Origin: an uncultured bacterium
Lineage (GTDB): Bacteria > Verrucomicrobiota > Verrucomicrobiia > Limisphaerales > UBA8199
Direction: 5' to 3'
Assembly: GCA_963749495.1 (NCBI GenBank)
Contig: CAVVMW010000007.1
Span: forward strand, 170,570-234,569
DNA: 64,000 bases
Made by a program: the position numbers and the translations under genes. The notes beneath the pieces are model-generated. The model ran no database searches and was not told the origin of the DNA. It was given only the letters and a program-made list of their open reading frames with translations. Shown here one piece after another: positions 1-12,127 of this stretch (its first letter is position 1; the number at the start of each line of letters is the position of its first letter).

Positions 1-7
1 CACGGAG

Positions 8-325
8 TTGGGCGCTCAGTTCATTGCTGAGGGTCTCCGCGCGGCGCGTTTCCCTGGTATCGAGTTCCGCAACACGCCCCTGGGTCGCATGGCGTATCTG
101 AAGAACTCGCGTCTGGCGATCTGGCTTTTGCGTGAACTGGTCCGCCAGGCTGGCTCGGTCAAGAAGGTCGCTGCTCTGGTTGGCCGCTCCGCCGTCCAAC
201 TGCAAGGTGCGTTACTCTATGCGAAGGCTTTCCCGGAAGAGTTGGAAGCGGCCGCGCGCCTGAACAAGCGCGCCCCGGCGGCCCTCAATGAGACCTTGCC
301 CGGTCACACGGTGTTCCGGGCGTGA
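8..325 (+). CDS. DUF433-like putative antitoxin, probably 5'-truncated by the window edge
   Basis: FPGIEFRNTPLGRMAYLKNSRLAIW...QLQGALLYAKAFPEE resembles the DUF433 pattern. Confidence 0.55.
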   Translation: MGAQFIAEGLRAARFPGIEFRNTPLGRMAYLKNSRLAIWLLRELVRQAGSVKKVAALVGRSAVQLQGALLYAKAFPEELEAAARLNKRAPAALNETLPGHTVFRA

Positions 326-351
326 AAACTCTGATCAAAACACATCGGACT

Positions 352-1633
352 ATGAAAAATCGAACGACGCAGAGAGACTCTGAACCGCCGCCAGTTCATC
401 CAGACGACTGCCGTGGCCAGCGCGGCGGTGGGTCTTATGAGCGGGGCGCCTTACGCGGCGCGGGGTCGCGTGCTCGGGGCCAACGACCAGGTTGGCATCG
501 GGTTCATCGGGGTCGGCGGGCGCGGCTCCAGCCACGTGGGCACTGTGCAGCACCTCATCCAGGGCGGGGAGAAGCTCCGGATCGTGGCGGTCTGCGACGC
601 CTACCGCTATCGGCTGGACGAGTCGGCCAAAGCAACGGGCGCCAAGGCCTATGGGCGGCACGCCGAACTGCTGGCCGACCCGAACGTGGATGCGGTGTGC
701 ATCGCCACGCCGGACCGGCTCCATGTGCCCCAGGCGCTCGATGCCATTCGCGCGGGCAAGGACGTTTACTGCGAAAAGCCAATGGGGCACTGGTCCCAAT
801 TCGCCCTCTCGAAGCAGTTCTACGAGGAGACCATCAAATTGAACCGCGTGGTGCAGGTGGGCAACCAGGGCAACTCCAGCCCCGCCTGGCAGAAGGTGCG
901 CGAACTGATCGGGCAGGGCGCCATCGGGCGCGTGCAGTTGGTCACTGCGGGCTTCTTCCGAAACGGCGATTGGGGCGAGCGGATGCCCATCCCGGACCGC
1001 GAGGCCAAGCCCGGGGCGGACCTGGACTGGGAGGCCTTCCTTGGGGACGCACCCAAGGTGCCCTTCACGGTGGACCGCTTCTTTAGCTGGCGCAAATACC
1101 TGGACTATGCCGGCGGGCCTTGCACCGACCTGTTCCCGCACGTCTTCACGCCTTTCGTGAGCGCCCTCGGCCTGAAGTTCCCCACCCGCGCCGTCGCCTC
1201 CGGCGGCATCTTCAAATACACGACCTACGACCGCGAGGTGCCCGATACGTTCAACATGTGCCTGGATTACCCTGAAAAGCTCTCGATCGTCATCCCCTGC
1301 TCCCTGGCCAACGATTATCCCCCCGAGGCCGCCATTCGGGGAGACGAGGGCACCCTCACGCTTCAGAATCCAGGCGAGTGGAACATCGGCTTCGACAGCG
1401 TCACCGTCCTGCCCGTCAAAGGGCAAGCGCGCGTCTTCCCCGCCCAAAAAATGGATACGACGCCGCTGCACTGGCAGAACTTCATCCGTTGCGTGCGGAG
1501 CCGCGAAAAGCCCGTGAGCAACGTCCAGTTCGGGTTGCACGTCCAGGCCGCCCTCAACATGGCCATGCTCAGTCTCCTCAAGGAGAAGGTGGCGAAGTTC
1601 GATCCGGCAAGGCAAGACATTGTGCTATGCTAG
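352..1633 (+). CDS. Tat-exported Gfo/Idh/MocA family oxidoreductase
   Basis: IGFIGVGGRG Rossmann motif and IATPD..H / DVYCEKP motifs. In-frame twin-arginine LNRRQFI from 380. The ATG at 352 is out of frame by one base (ATGAAAAAT), likely an indel. Confidence 0.85.
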
Positions 1634-1698
1634 GCGGAGCGGGCAGAATCGAACGCAGAATCATTTAGGGCAAAATCATTAGAAGAAGAGATTCTGCC

Positions 1699-1755
1699 TT
1701 CGTCATTCGTCATTCGTCATTCGTCATTCGTCATTCCGCACTCCGCATTCCGCAC

Positions 1756-1756
<1 letters not shown>
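1699..1756. repeat. Heptamer tandem repeats (TCATTCG)x5 then (CCGCAYT)x3
   Basis: Directly visible between convergent genes. Confidence 0.9.
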
Positions 1757-3281
<1,525 letters not shown>

Positions 3282-3417
3282 AAGTTCTTTGTCCTTTGCC
3301 AGTTCCAGTTGCCGATCTCGGTTCTGTTTCACTGCAACCGTCGGTTCCTGTGTTCCAATCAATAGACAGCACCTCCATGACAGGGGCCTTTCCCGGGGAT
3401 TACAAATTTGAAAGGCC

Positions 3418-3879
3418 TCAGATCACGTAATCCGGGCTTTCCAGCGGCCGGCCCTGGAGTTGGCGCGAGCGTTCGCACAGCTCGGCCAGGGTCACCCGCT
3501 CGGCTATCTCCACCACCGCATCGCGGATTTCCTTCATCACGCTGCGGACCGCGCACCGGGATTCGTCCGGGCAGGAGCACTTGGCATAGAACCGCTGGCT
3601 CACGCATCGCACCGGGGCCAGCGCCCCCTCGATGTGCCGCACCACTGCCGCCAGGGTTATCTGCTCCGGCCTCTGCGCCAGCCGGTAGCCCCCCGAGACC
3701 CCGCGCTTGCTGCGGACAAAACCGCCGGACTGGAGGTCGTTGAGGATCTGCTCCAGGAACCTCTTGGGAATGTTCTGCTGCTCGGAGATGGTTTGAATCC
3801 GCACCACCGCCTGGCCCTCGTGCAGCCCCAGCACCAGCAGCGCCCGCAAGGCATACTCCCCACGCAGCGTGAGTTTCAT
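3418..3879 (-). CDS. Rrf2 family transcriptional regulator with three conserved Cys
   Basis: GEYALRAL, IPKRFLEQIL, SKRGVSGGY, C-x7-C-x-C-x5-C region. Confidence 0.9.
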   Translation of the reverse strand: MKLTLRGEYALRALLVLGLHEGQAVVRIQTISEQQNIPKRFLEQILNDLQSGGFVRSKRGVSGGYRLAQRPEQITLAAVVRHIEGALAPVRCVSQRFYAKCSCPDESRCAVRSVMKEIRDAVVEIAERVTLAELCERSRQLQGRPLESPDYVI

Positions 3880-3992
3880 GGGGCTACTATATAATCCACA
3901 CTGGGAAACTCAAGATTCCGGGAAAAAAGTGAACCTTTTGCCCGGCTGGCGTTATTAACGGGCAGAATGAACTGCCAAACCCGAAAGGAACC

Positions 3993-5258
3993 ATGAAGAT
4001 TTGCACTTCGATTTGTTCGTCTTTGCTCATCGCGGCGGTGGGCACATTTTGCGCCGCAGGCCAGCCGTCCCGCACCGATATCAATCCTGCGCTGCTTTAC
4101 TACCAGGCATTCCTGGTTGCGCCGGAGCCGCTGTCTGAGGCGGATGACGCTTACCTGTATTCGAAAGAGGGGCGCAGCCAGCCGCTGCCGGAACGATTCG
4201 GCGCGCTGTTTGAAGGCTACGACAACCAGTTCAAGCTGGTGCGGCAGGCGGCGCAGGCCACTGTGCCGTGCGACTGGGGCCTGGATTGGAGCGCTGGCCC
4301 CTCGACACTGCTGCCCCACCTGGCTCGCGCCAAGGCGGTCGCCCAAGCATCGAGGTTCCGCGTCGTGTGGGAGTTGCAGCACGATCGCCAGGCCGACGCG
4401 CGCGATGACTTGCTCGCCTCGTTCGCCCTGGCCAGGAATGTCACCCGGAACGGCCCCCTGATCTCCGTGCTGGTCCAAAACGCCATCGAGGCCATCAATT
4501 GCTCGACCGTGGCGGAGAATTTCGGACGGTTTTCTCCGGAGACCTTGCAAGAGTTGGAGGCGGGGCTGGAGAGGCTGCCGGCGCGGACCACGGTGGCGCA
4601 GTCCGACATGGGTGAGAGGGTACTTTGCCAGGACTGGCTGTTGCACAAAATAGCGGACTTGCAGAAGGCCAACCCGGGCAACGATGCCAAGGTGATGGCG
4701 GCCTTGAGTCAACTGTTGTCCAGCCCTGGCAATCCGGACCAGAGCGAGGAGGATCCCTGGGCGCAACTCAGCCGGGCTGCGGGCGGGACCAGCGATGGGG
4801 TGGCCAAGCTGGTGCGGGACGCCGAATCGTTTGTCCAGAAGATGCCAGACATCCTGGCGGTGCCCTACGGGGAGTTCGAATCCCGCATGGCGCAGGTCAA
4901 AGCCGAGGCGGCGCAAACGGCCAACCCGCTCATCTCGAACTTTGTGCCCTCCCTGGAACCAGCGCGCTTGAGGGAATTCAGAGTGCTGGCCTGCCTGGCC
5001 CAGGTGCGCGCGGCCGTGGAATACAAGCTGCACGGCGAGCCCGGATTGCAGAGCGTGGCCGACCCGTGCGGCCAAGGGCCCTTTGGCTTCCGGCGCTTTG
5101 TCTTGGAGGGCGTTGATCGCGGTTTCGAGCTCAAATCCGCGCACGACATCGGCCGCAGCAAGGGCGTGCTCATCTTTGTCGAGACAGCGGGTCCGGCCTT
5201 CCGGGTCAATGGGCCGTATGCGGGCCAGGCTATAACCAACTCGGCCTCGCAACGCTGA
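3993..5258 (+). CDS. Secreted hypothetical protein of PVC type
   Basis: 421-aa ORF with signal peptide, NPALLYYQAF / CDWG motifs and an upstream GAAAGGA RBS. Confidence 0.7.
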   Translation: MKICTSICSSLLIAAVGTFCAAGQPSRTDINPALLYYQAFLVAPEPLSEADDAYLYSKEGRSQPLPERFGALFEGYDNQFKLVRQAAQATVPCDWGLDWSAGPSTLLPHLARAKAVAQASRFRVVWELQHDRQADARDDLLASFALARNVTRNGPLISVLVQNAIEAINCSTVAENFGRFSPETLQELEAGLERLPARTTVAQSDMGERVLCQDWLLHKIADLQKANPGNDAKVMAALSQLLSSPGNPDQSEEDPWAQLSRAAGGTSDGVAKLVRDAESFVQKMPDILAVPYGEFESRMAQVKAEAAQTANPLISNFVPSLEPARLREFRVLACLAQVRAAVEYKLHGEPGLQSVADPCGQGPFGFRRFVLEGVDRGFELKSAHDIGRSKGVLIFVETAGPAFRVNGPYAGQAITNSASQR

Positions 5259-5287
5259 ACTAAATCGAACCACGTGATTGTGGCAGA

Positions 5288-5368
5288 GCCTTTGTCGCGG
5301 CCTTTGTCGCAGCCTTTGTCGAGGAATGGCGCACTCGACAAAGGCCCCGACAAAGGCCGCGACAAAGG
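5288..5368. repeat. Inverted clusters of ~12-nt TTTGTCGCRGCC / CGACAAAGG repeats
   Basis: Same family recurs at 41916-42018. Confidence 0.8.
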
Positions 5369-5436
5369 TCCAAAACCCCATGAGTGTGCCCATGTTGCTT
5401 GGTCCGATTTAGACGAGTGACGGTTTTTGAACCAAC

Positions 5437-6084
5437 GTGTCTAAAGGGAAGATGTCTGCCATCAACGCAACCTTCATGAACCTCGGAACCTCAGACGCCG
5501 GGGAGTTGCTGGACCGGGCGCGAGCCGGCGATGCCGAGGCGTTTTGCGAGGTTTGCCGCGTCTATGAGGCGGGCCTGCTGCGCCAGGCCACGGCCCTCTG
5601 CCGCAACCCTGCTCTGGCCGAGGACCTGGCCCAGGACACCCTGGTGGAGGCCTGGAAGAGCCTGCGCCGCTATAATGGGCGCTGCCGGTTTTTCACCTGG
5701 CTCTGTGCCATCCTCTTGAATCGCTATCGCAATACCGTCCGCGCCGGGCGTCCTTTCCTGGGCTTGACGAGGCCCGACGAGGACGAAGCCCATGGCCGCC
5801 TGGAGCGATTGACCGATGGCCAGGCCGGCCCCGACCAGGCGCTCCAGTTGCGCGAGCAGGCCGCGCTGGTCCGCAGATGCGTGCAAGCGCTGCCCCTCAA
5901 GCACCAACAGGTCATTTACCTGCGCTTCTTCGTCAATGATTCACTGGAAGGGATTGCCGCGGCCCTGGGTTGTTCCGTGGGCACAGTCAAATCGCGCCTG
6001 TTCCATGCCCTGGACAAACTCCGGGCGATGAAAGAGCTTGGCACATTGGCGGGCCAGCTCGAAACCAAAGAGCCGAGTCTATGA
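5437..6084 (+). CDS. ECF RNA polymerase sigma-70 factor
   Basis: AEDLAQDTLVEAW, FFTWL, IAAALGCSVGTVKSRL. Exact start uncertain. Confidence 0.9.
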   Translation: MSKGKMSAINATFMNLGTSDAGELLDRARAGDAEAFCEVCRVYEAGLLRQATALCRNPALAEDLAQDTLVEAWKSLRRYNGRCRFFTWLCAILLNRYRNTVRAGRPFLGLTRPDEDEAHGRLERLTDGQAGPDQALQLREQAALVRRCVQALPLKHQQVIYLRFFVNDSLEGIAAALGCSVGTVKSRLFHALDKLRAMKELGTLAGQLETKEPSL

Positions 6085-6656
6085 AACCCTGTGCGAGAAA
6101 CCGGAAACGGATTGCCTGGCTGGCATTGGGGGCGCTTGAGGCGCCCGAAGCGGAGCAACTGCGCGCCCATCTTCACACCTGCGCTCGCTGCCGCAGTTGC
6201 TTCGAGGAACTGACGAAGGTCACGGCCGCGATTCGGAATGCCGAGCCGGACGCAAGCCTGACCGTCCCCCCTTCATTTCACCGCCGGGTCGCAACTGCTC
6301 TGCGGGCGGAGGCCTCGCGCCCCTTCCGGGCGGTCCTGGCGGAGTCGCTTCGCAGGCTTGTGCTGGACCCGCGGGTCGCGCTGCCCGTGGCCGGGGCGCT
6401 GGTCGCAACGCTCGTCGCGGTGTCCGCCCTGCGGCTAGGCCCTCCGGTGGACCGTCCGGCGCCATCGCCGGTCCAAGCCCCGGCGGCGCTTCACCTCACG
6501 AGCGACCTGGCGCCCACATTGGCCAACTACCAAAGCGTGGCCAACCGCTCGCTGGACCAGTTGGATGAGCTGCTCACCCGCCAAGGGAGCAAGGGCCTGG
6601 CCCGGGCGCCTGTCTTCACCGCCTCGGCCCTGGCAATGCCCAACGGCCCGGATTGA
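6081..6656 (+). CDS. Zinc-binding (HxxxCxxC) transmembrane anti-sigma factor
   Basis: ATGA overlap with the sigma stop, HLHTCARC motif, one TM helix. Confidence 0.85.
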   Translation: MKPCARNRKRIAWLALGALEAPEAEQLRAHLHTCARCRSCFEELTKVTAAIRNAEPDASLTVPPSFHRRVATALRAEASRPFRAVLAESLRRLVLDPRVALPVAGALVATLVAVSALRLGPPVDRPAPSPVQAPAALHLTSDLAPTLANYQSVANRSLDQLDELLTRQGSKGLARAPVFTASALAMPNGPD

Positions 6657-6671
6657 CTAGGTCTGCCGGGA

Positions 6672-6972
6672 TCATGGCGGCGAACCCACCTCAATCTCGT
6701 AGAGCCTTGGCCCGATGATGCGGTGGGCGTAGCGGAACGATTCGACCAGCAGAATGGAAAAGACCACTACCACGACTGCGAGAATGATGGCGCTCCACCA
6801 GTGGCGCGGCCGGAACTTCTCGACCGAGGGAGCGTAGGCTATCAGGCCGAAGAATCAGGAAGACCATAATCCGCGCCAGCATGAAGGTCAGCAGAAAGAC
6901 GAAGAAGACGGTGCGGGCCAGGTAGGTCTTGTCCGCCCGGTCCAGCGCAGTGGTGTCATTGGGCTCAGCCAT
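6672..6972 (-). pseudogene. Internally deleted or frameshifted membrane protein
   Basis: N-terminal TM segment (LARTVFFVFLLTFMLARIMVFLIL) abuts, in another frame, GLIAYAPSVEKFRPRHWWSAIILAVVVVVF...YEIEVGSPP*. Confidence 0.5.
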
Positions 6973-7024
6973 ATCGTGCATGTACGCCTCTCAGCCCGGC
7001 GCGCGCAACAGCGGAGTGAAAAGG

Positions 7025-7293
7025 GGTACGATGAAAACTGTCGGTCAGCCCGCGGCGCCTTTTTGTCCCGGAGGGACATCCGACAATAGCCCGGCGTTTC
7101 AACGCCGGGTGAACGGACCCAACGAGCAGGTCCGTCCCGAAGGGACGGTTGAAAGCAAGGAGTGTTCTCAGTCGTCCCGTCGGGACGAGGGGTCCCTTTT
7201 GTGGCGTCCCCGGCGTTGAAACGCCGGGCTATTGTCAGATGTCCCTCCGGGACAAAGCTCCCAGGGCGCATGCCCGACGCTCTTAATCGCACC
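7025..7293. mobile_element. MITE/REP-like nested palindromic element, copy 1
   Basis: Nested inverted repeats at 7062-7256; ends GGTACGATGAA / TTAATCGCACC; homologous to 46171-46413. Confidence 0.7.
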
Positions 7294-7414
7294 CCTCTCA
7301 CGCCGCTGTGTGCATGTCCACATAAGCGCCCCTGCCGGCACTCTGCGGCCACCCGATGCAATAGAAAAAGGCGAGCCGGCAACGGCTCGCCTTCGTCAAT
7401 GAACGCCTGGACGA

Positions 7415-10400
7415 TTATTGTTGCTCCGGGGGTTCTTCCCGATGCTCCCCGCTGGACGTGTGCTCGGGGCCTTCGCCACCCCGGTTGCCGCCCTCGCCCC
7501 CTTCACCCCGGGTGCCGCGCTCGCCCCTGTCACCCTGGCCGCCACGCTCGTTACCTTCGCCGCCGCGGTTGCCGCGCTCGGCCCGGTCTCCCTGACCGCC
7601 ACGCTCGGCTCGTCGCTCGCTGCGCTCGCCTCCTTGGCCGCTACGCTCGCCGCCCCGCTCGCCGCGCTCACCGCGGTCGCTGCGCTCGGCTCCCCGCTCG
7701 CTGCCCTCGCCTCCCACGTCGGCGCGGTCACCGCGCTCACCGCGGTCTTCCCGCTCTTGAGTCCCGCCGCGCTCGCCGCCCCGATCCAGGCGATCTCCGC
7801 GTTCCCCTCGGCCTTCACGGTCTGCGTAGCTGCTGCGCTCGCCACGGTCGGTACGCTCGCCACGGTCGCCACGGTCTGCGTATCCGCCGCGCTCGCCGCG
7901 GTCACCTGCCCGCTCGCCTCGGTCGCCTACGCGCTCGCCTCGGTCGCCTACGCGCTCCCCGCGCTCGCCTACCCGCTCACCGCGGTCGCCTGCCCGCTCG
8001 CCGCGGTCGCCTGCCCGCTCACCGCGGTCACCCACTCGCTCGCCGCGGTCACCTACCCGCTCACCTCGGTCGCCTACCCGCTCGCCTCGGTCGCCTACCC
8101 GCTCGCCTCGGTCGCCGCGTCCGCTCCGCTCTGCGTGCCCGCCACGATCACCCCGGTCGCCGCGCCCGCCGCGATCGCCCCGGTCGCCGCGCCCGCCGCG
8201 ATCGCCCCGATCCCGGCGTTCGCCCCGGTCACTCCGCTCGCCCCGGTGCTCGCTGCGCTCGGGTTGGCCGCCTGGTTCTTCCCGGTGCTCGCCGGTTTCG
8301 GTCTGGCCTGACATCTGTTGGTCGCGTTCGGCCATGGCGGCCCTGCGGGAGAGTCTGACCCGGCCCTTTTCGTCCACGCCCAGGCACTTGACCATGATCT
8401 CGTCGCCCAGCTTGACGATGTCCTCGGTCTGCTTGACGCGGAAGTTGGCCAGTTCACTGATGTGGACCAGGCCATCCTTGCCGGGGAGGAATTCGACGAA
8501 GGCGCCGAACTCCTTGATGGTGACGACCTTGCCGCGATAGATCTTGCCGATCTCCGCCTCGGCAGTCATGCCCAGGACGGCGTCGCGGGCGATCTTCATG
8601 CCTTCTTCGGAGACGGAGTAGATGTTGACGGTGCCGTCGTCCTCGATGTTGATTTCGCAGCCGGACTCTTCGACGAGTTTCTTGATATTCTTGCCGCCGG
8701 GGCCGATGAGAGCGCCAATCTTTTCCGGGTTGATCTTGATGGTCTCGATGCGCGGGGCGTACTTGCTCAACTCCTTGCGGGAGGCGCCCAGGGTCTTGGC
8801 CATCTCGGCCAGGACGTGCAGGCGGGCGAGGCGGGCGCGCTCGACGGCCTCGGCCATGAGCGCGTAGGGGATGCCGCGCAGCTTGAGGTCAAGCTGGAAG
8901 CCGGTGATGCCTTTGTCGGTGCCGGCGATCTTGCAGTCCATGTCGCAGAAGGCGTCTTCCCAGCCGATGATGTCGGTCAGGAGCTTGGCGCGTGAGATGC
9001 GGTCCTTGTCGTCGTGCTCGGTGCAGAGGCCGATGCTGATGCCGGCGACGGGGCGGGTCATGGGCACGCCGGCATCCATGAGGGCGAGCGACCCGCCGCA
9101 GACGGTGGCCATCGAGGTGGAGCCGTTGGATTCCATGATCTCGCTGGTGATGCGGATGGAATAGGGGTAGGTCTCGAGGGGGACCATGGGTTCGAGGGAG
9201 CGTTCGGCCAGTGCGCCGTGTCCGATCTCGCGCCGGCCCGGGCCGCTGATGCGGCCGGTTTCACCGACGGAGAAGTTGGGGAAGTTGTAGTGGAGGATGA
9301 ATTTCTTTTCGCTGGCGCCGCCGGTGTAGGCGTCGAATTCCTGGGCATCCTCGCCGGTGCCCAGGGTGCAGAGGGTCACTGCCTGGGTCTCGCCGCGCTG
9401 GAAGAGGGCCGAGCCGTGGGCGCGGGGCAGGATGCCGACCTCGCTGAGGATCGGGCGGACCTGGTCCAGGCCGCGCCCGTCCAGGCGCTTGTCCTGGTTC
9501 ATGATCAGGCCGCGGACGGCCTCCTTCTGGATGTAGTAGAAGGCGTCTTTGAGGACGAAGTCAGTCACCTTCTCCTGGCCGAACTTTTCGACAAGCCGCT
9601 TGCCGATCTCGTCGGTGAGGGCCGTGACGGCGGACTCACGGGCGAGCTTGCCCGGGGTCAGCAACGCGCTAATGATGCGGTCGCCGGCCAGGGCCTTGGC
9701 TTGGGCAAGGACTTCCTCGGGGACGATATTGAGGGTGACCTGGCGTTTGGGTTTGCCGGCACGGGCGGCCAAATCCCGCTGGGCGGCGATGGCGGGCTGA
9801 ATGGCCTGGTGGCCGAACTGGAGGGCGGCGTTGAAATCGGCCTCGCTGACCTCCTTGGCGGAGCCTTCGAACATGACCATGTCTGTCTGGTTGCCCACAT
9901 AGACCAGGTCCAGGTCGCTCTCCAGGCTCTGGCTGTGGGTGGGGTTGGCGACAAACTGGCCGTTGACACGGCCGACACGGACGGCGCCCAGGGGCCCGTC
10001 CCAGGGGATATCGCTGACCATCAAGGCGGAGGAGGCGCCGAGGACGGCGAGGATGTCCGGGTCGTTTTCGCCATCGGCGCTCAGGACGATGCACTGGACC
10101 TGGACCTCGTTGTACCAGCCCCGGGGGAAGAGCGGGCGGATAGGCCGATCGATGAGCCTGGAGGTGAGAATCTCCTTTTCGGTGGGGCGCCCTTCGCGTT
10201 TGAAGTAGCCGCCGGGGAACTTGCCGGCGGCGGCGGCCTTCTCGCGGTAGTCCACGGTGAGGGGGAAGAACTCCTGGCCTTCTTTGGCCTTGGCGGCGCC
10301 CACGGCGGCGACAATGACGATGGTTTCACCCAGGCGAACGCTTACAGCGCCGTCGGCCTGTTTTGCGAGTTTCCCGGTTTCAATAGTGATTTGTTTGTCC

Positions 10401-10435
10401 CCAATGGAGACGGTGGCATTTTCTGGCATATACAC
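7415..10435 (-). CDS. pnp: Polyribonucleotide nucleotidyltransferase (PNPase) with a ~300-aa low-complexity C-terminal tail
   Basis: [35 protein letters not shown] (IGPGGKNIK) and S1 ([20 protein letters not shown]) domains; downstream of rpsO. Confidence 0.98.
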   Translation of the reverse strand: MYMPENATVSIGDKQITIETGKLAKQADGAVSVRLGETIVIVAAVGAAKAKEGQEFFPLTVDYREKAAAAGKFPGGYFKREGRPTEKEILTSRLIDRPIRPLFPRGWYNEVQVQCIVLSADGENDPDILAVLGASSALMVSDIPWDGPLGAVRVGRVNGQFVANPTHSQSLESDLDLVYVGNQTDMVMFEGSAKEVSEADFNAALQFGHQAIQPAIAAQRDLAARAGKPKRQVTLNIVPEEVLAQAKALAGDRIISALLTPGKLARESAVTALTDEIGKRLVEKFGQEKVTDFVLKDAFYYIQKEAVRGLIMNQDKRLDGRGLDQVRPILSEVGILPRAHGSALFQRGETQAVTLCTLGTGEDAQEFDAYTGGASEKKFILHYNFPNFSVGETGRISGPGRREIGHGALAERSLEPMVPLETYPYSIRITSEIMESNGSTSMATVCGGSLALMDAGVPMTRPVAGISIGLCTEHDDKDRISRAKLLTDIIGWEDAFCDMDCKIAGTDKGITGFQLDLKLRGIPYALMAEAVERARLARLHVLAEMAKTLGASRKELSKYAPRIETIKINPEKIGALIGPGGKNIKKLVEESGCEINIEDDGTVNIYSVSEEGMKIARDAVLGMTAEAEIGKIYRGKVVTIKEFGAFVEFLPGKDGLVHISELANFRVKQTEDIVKLGDEIMVKCLGVDEKGRVRLSRRAAMAERDQQMSGQTETGEHREEPGGQPERSEHRGERSDRGERRDRGDRGGRGDRGDRGGRGDRGDRGGHAERSGRGDRGERVGDRGERVGDRGERVGDRGERVGDRGERAGDRGERAGDRGERVGERGERVGDRGERVGDRGERAGDRGERGGYADRGDRGERTDRGERSSYADREGRGERGDRLDRGGERGGTQEREDRGERGDRADVGGEGSERGAERSDRGERGERGGERSGQGGERSERRAERGGQGDRAERGNRGGEGNERGGQGDRGERGTRGEGGEGGNRGGEGPEHTSSGEHREEPPEQQ
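7887..8117 (-). repeat. Eleven coding 21-nt tandem repeats encoding G[DE]RGER[VAG]
   Basis: Visible in DNA and in the translation. Confidence 0.95.
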
Positions 10436-10443
10436 ATGTTGAC

Positions 10444-10518
10444 CTCCATTGCCACCGAGGAACTTCAGTGAATCCCGAATACATTCGGGACTGAACGAAA
10501 TTTCTCAGCGGAATGGAG
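10444..10518 (-). promoter_or_regulatory. Long hairpin in the pnp leader that includes the Shine-Dalgarno sequence
   Basis: On the minus strand CTCCATT-CCGCTGAG pairs with CTCGGTGG-C-AATGGAG; inner TCCCGAAT/ATTCGGGA stem. Confidence 0.6.
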
Positions 10519-10650
10519 CATTTCTGGCGCGAACGTTAAAGTGAGCGATTGAGCCGTTCGCGTCAGCCGGCTCAATCAAAGTGAAATTATCCAAGGTGAC
10601 CCTGTCCCGGCCAAGCCCTCGTCAGGACAGGCCATGGTCCAATATGAGTG

Positions 10651-10917
10651 TTACTTGCGAAGCTTGAGTTTCCTGGTGACCGTTTGGTACCGACTCAGGT
10701 CGGTAATGTGCAGGTAATCCAGCAGACGGCGCCGTTGGCCAACCATCATCAGCAAACCGCGCCTCGAGCTGTGATCCTTCTTGTTCTTCTGCAAATGCTC
10801 GGTCAGATGGTTGATGCGCTGCGTCAGCAGCGCAATCTGGACATCCGCCGAGCCGGTATCATGCTCGTGCAGCTTGAAGTCGCCGATCGTTTTCGCTTTC
10901 GCTTCCATACTTTCCAA
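10651..10917 (-). CDS. rpsO: 30S ribosomal protein S15
   Basis: [26 protein letters not shown]...[23 protein letters not shown]. Confidence 0.98.
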   Translation of the reverse strand: MESMEAKAKTIGDFKLHEHDTGSADVQIALLTQRINHLTEHLQKNKKDHSSRRGLLMMVGQRRRLLDYLHITDLSRYQTVTRKLKLRK

Positions 10918-10965
10918 TTATCCAATCTATTCCTCGTCTAATCCATCGTCTGATTTCTAATATCG

Positions 10966-11859
10966 CTAAACTGTAGTTTTGAGGGGAGGCCCTGTAAAGT
11001 ACTTTCCTTGGGGGACAAATTCCAACTCCGGCCCGCGCGGGAGCAGGCCGCGTTCGAAGGCGCGGCCCAGGAACCGGCCAATGGCCTGGCGCCCGCGCTC
11101 CCCGTAATCGAGGGTCCAATGGTTGACGTACATCCCCACGAACCGGTCCGCCAGGTCCCGGCCCATGTCGCGGGCGTACTGCAGGGCGTATTGGACGGCC
11201 TGGGCGCGGTGCTCCAGGCCGTAGCGGATGCTGGCCGCCAGGATGTCCGAGACCTGGCTGCGGACGGCGGGGGCCAGGCGTTTGTGGATGACGTTGCCGC
11301 CCAGGGGCAGGGGCAGACCGCCGTTCTGGCGGCCCCACCACACCCCGAGGTCCTCGCAAACCTGCAGACCCTCGTTCTGCCAGGTCAACTGGCCTTCATG
11401 GATGATCAGCCCCACCTCCGCCGCCCCGGAACGGACCGCTTGGAAAATGCGGTCGAACGGCACGACCACGTAATCGAATTGGGCGGCGGGCTTGTCCAGC
11501 CAGAGCTGCAGGGCCAGGAATGCGCTGGTCAGCGTGCCCGGCACCGCAATGCGTTTGCGGGCGATCTCGCCCCGCGAAAACTTCCGGCCCGCCACGAGCA
11601 TCGGCCCATAGCCGTCGCCCATGCTGGCGCCGGTGGGCAGCAGTGCGTAGTGGCCGCTCACGCCGGGATAGGCGGCAAAGCTAATGGCCGTGATGTCCAG
11701 TTCGCCCCGTGTGGCCCGCTCGTTGAGGGTCTGAATGTCCTGCAGACAGTGCTCGAATTCGAAATCCCCCGCCGGCACCAGCCGGCGAGCCAGCCCGTAA
11801 AACATGAAGGCATCGTCCGGGTCCGGCGAGTGGCCCAGGGTCAAATTCTGGCGCGGCAT
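10966..11859 (-). CDS. mqnD: 1,4-dihydroxy-6-naphthoate synthase (futalosine menaquinone pathway, MqnA/MqnD family)
   Basis: LGHSPDPDDAFMFY, DIQTLN, GDGYGP, IIHEGQLT, LPLPLGGN, FVGMYVN. Confidence 0.88.
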   Translation of the reverse strand: MPRQNLTLGHSPDPDDAFMFYGLARRLVPAGDFEFEHCLQDIQTLNERATRGELDITAISFAAYPGVSGHYALLPTGASMGDGYGPMLVAGRKFSRGEIARKRIAVPGTLTSAFLALQLWLDKPAAQFDYVVVPFDRIFQAVRSGAAEVGLIIHEGQLTWQNEGLQVCEDLGVWWGRQNGGLPLPLGGNVIHKRLAPAVRSQVSDILAASIRYGLEHRAQAVQYALQYARDMGRDLADRFVGMYVNHWTLDYGERGRQAIGRFLGRAFERGLLPRGPELEFVPQGKYFTGPPLKTTV

Positions 11860-11990
11860 GCCCGGCACGGTAGCCATCCCAGGCCCACCGGGCAAGCCGC
11901 TTGTGAAGCGCCCGGCGGCAGGGCGGTGTGAGACAGAATTCTTCTTGGACCTCCAGATCGAAGCTCCCACATCCGATTTGGGTCTTCGAT

Positions 11991-12080
11991 CCTTCGTTTC
12001 CTTCGTTTCCTTCTGTTCTTTTCCTGCGTCCCGCCGGCTGGGCACAGGAACAGAACAGAAGGAAACGAAGGAAACGAAGA
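11991..12080. repeat. Inverted 9-mer repeats (CCTTCGTTT)n ... (GAAACGAAG)n
   Basis: Directly visible and hairpin-forming. Confidence 0.8.
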
Positions 12081-12127
12081 GCGGCCTGATGCGGCGGCAT
12101 CGATCGGGGCCGTGCCGGTTCGTCAAG

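Noticed and set aside
7162..8358. Arg-rich and Ala-rich alternative-frame ORFs over the pnp tail
   Set aside because: By-products of the stop-free repeat; the pnp frame is continuous with the S1 domain.
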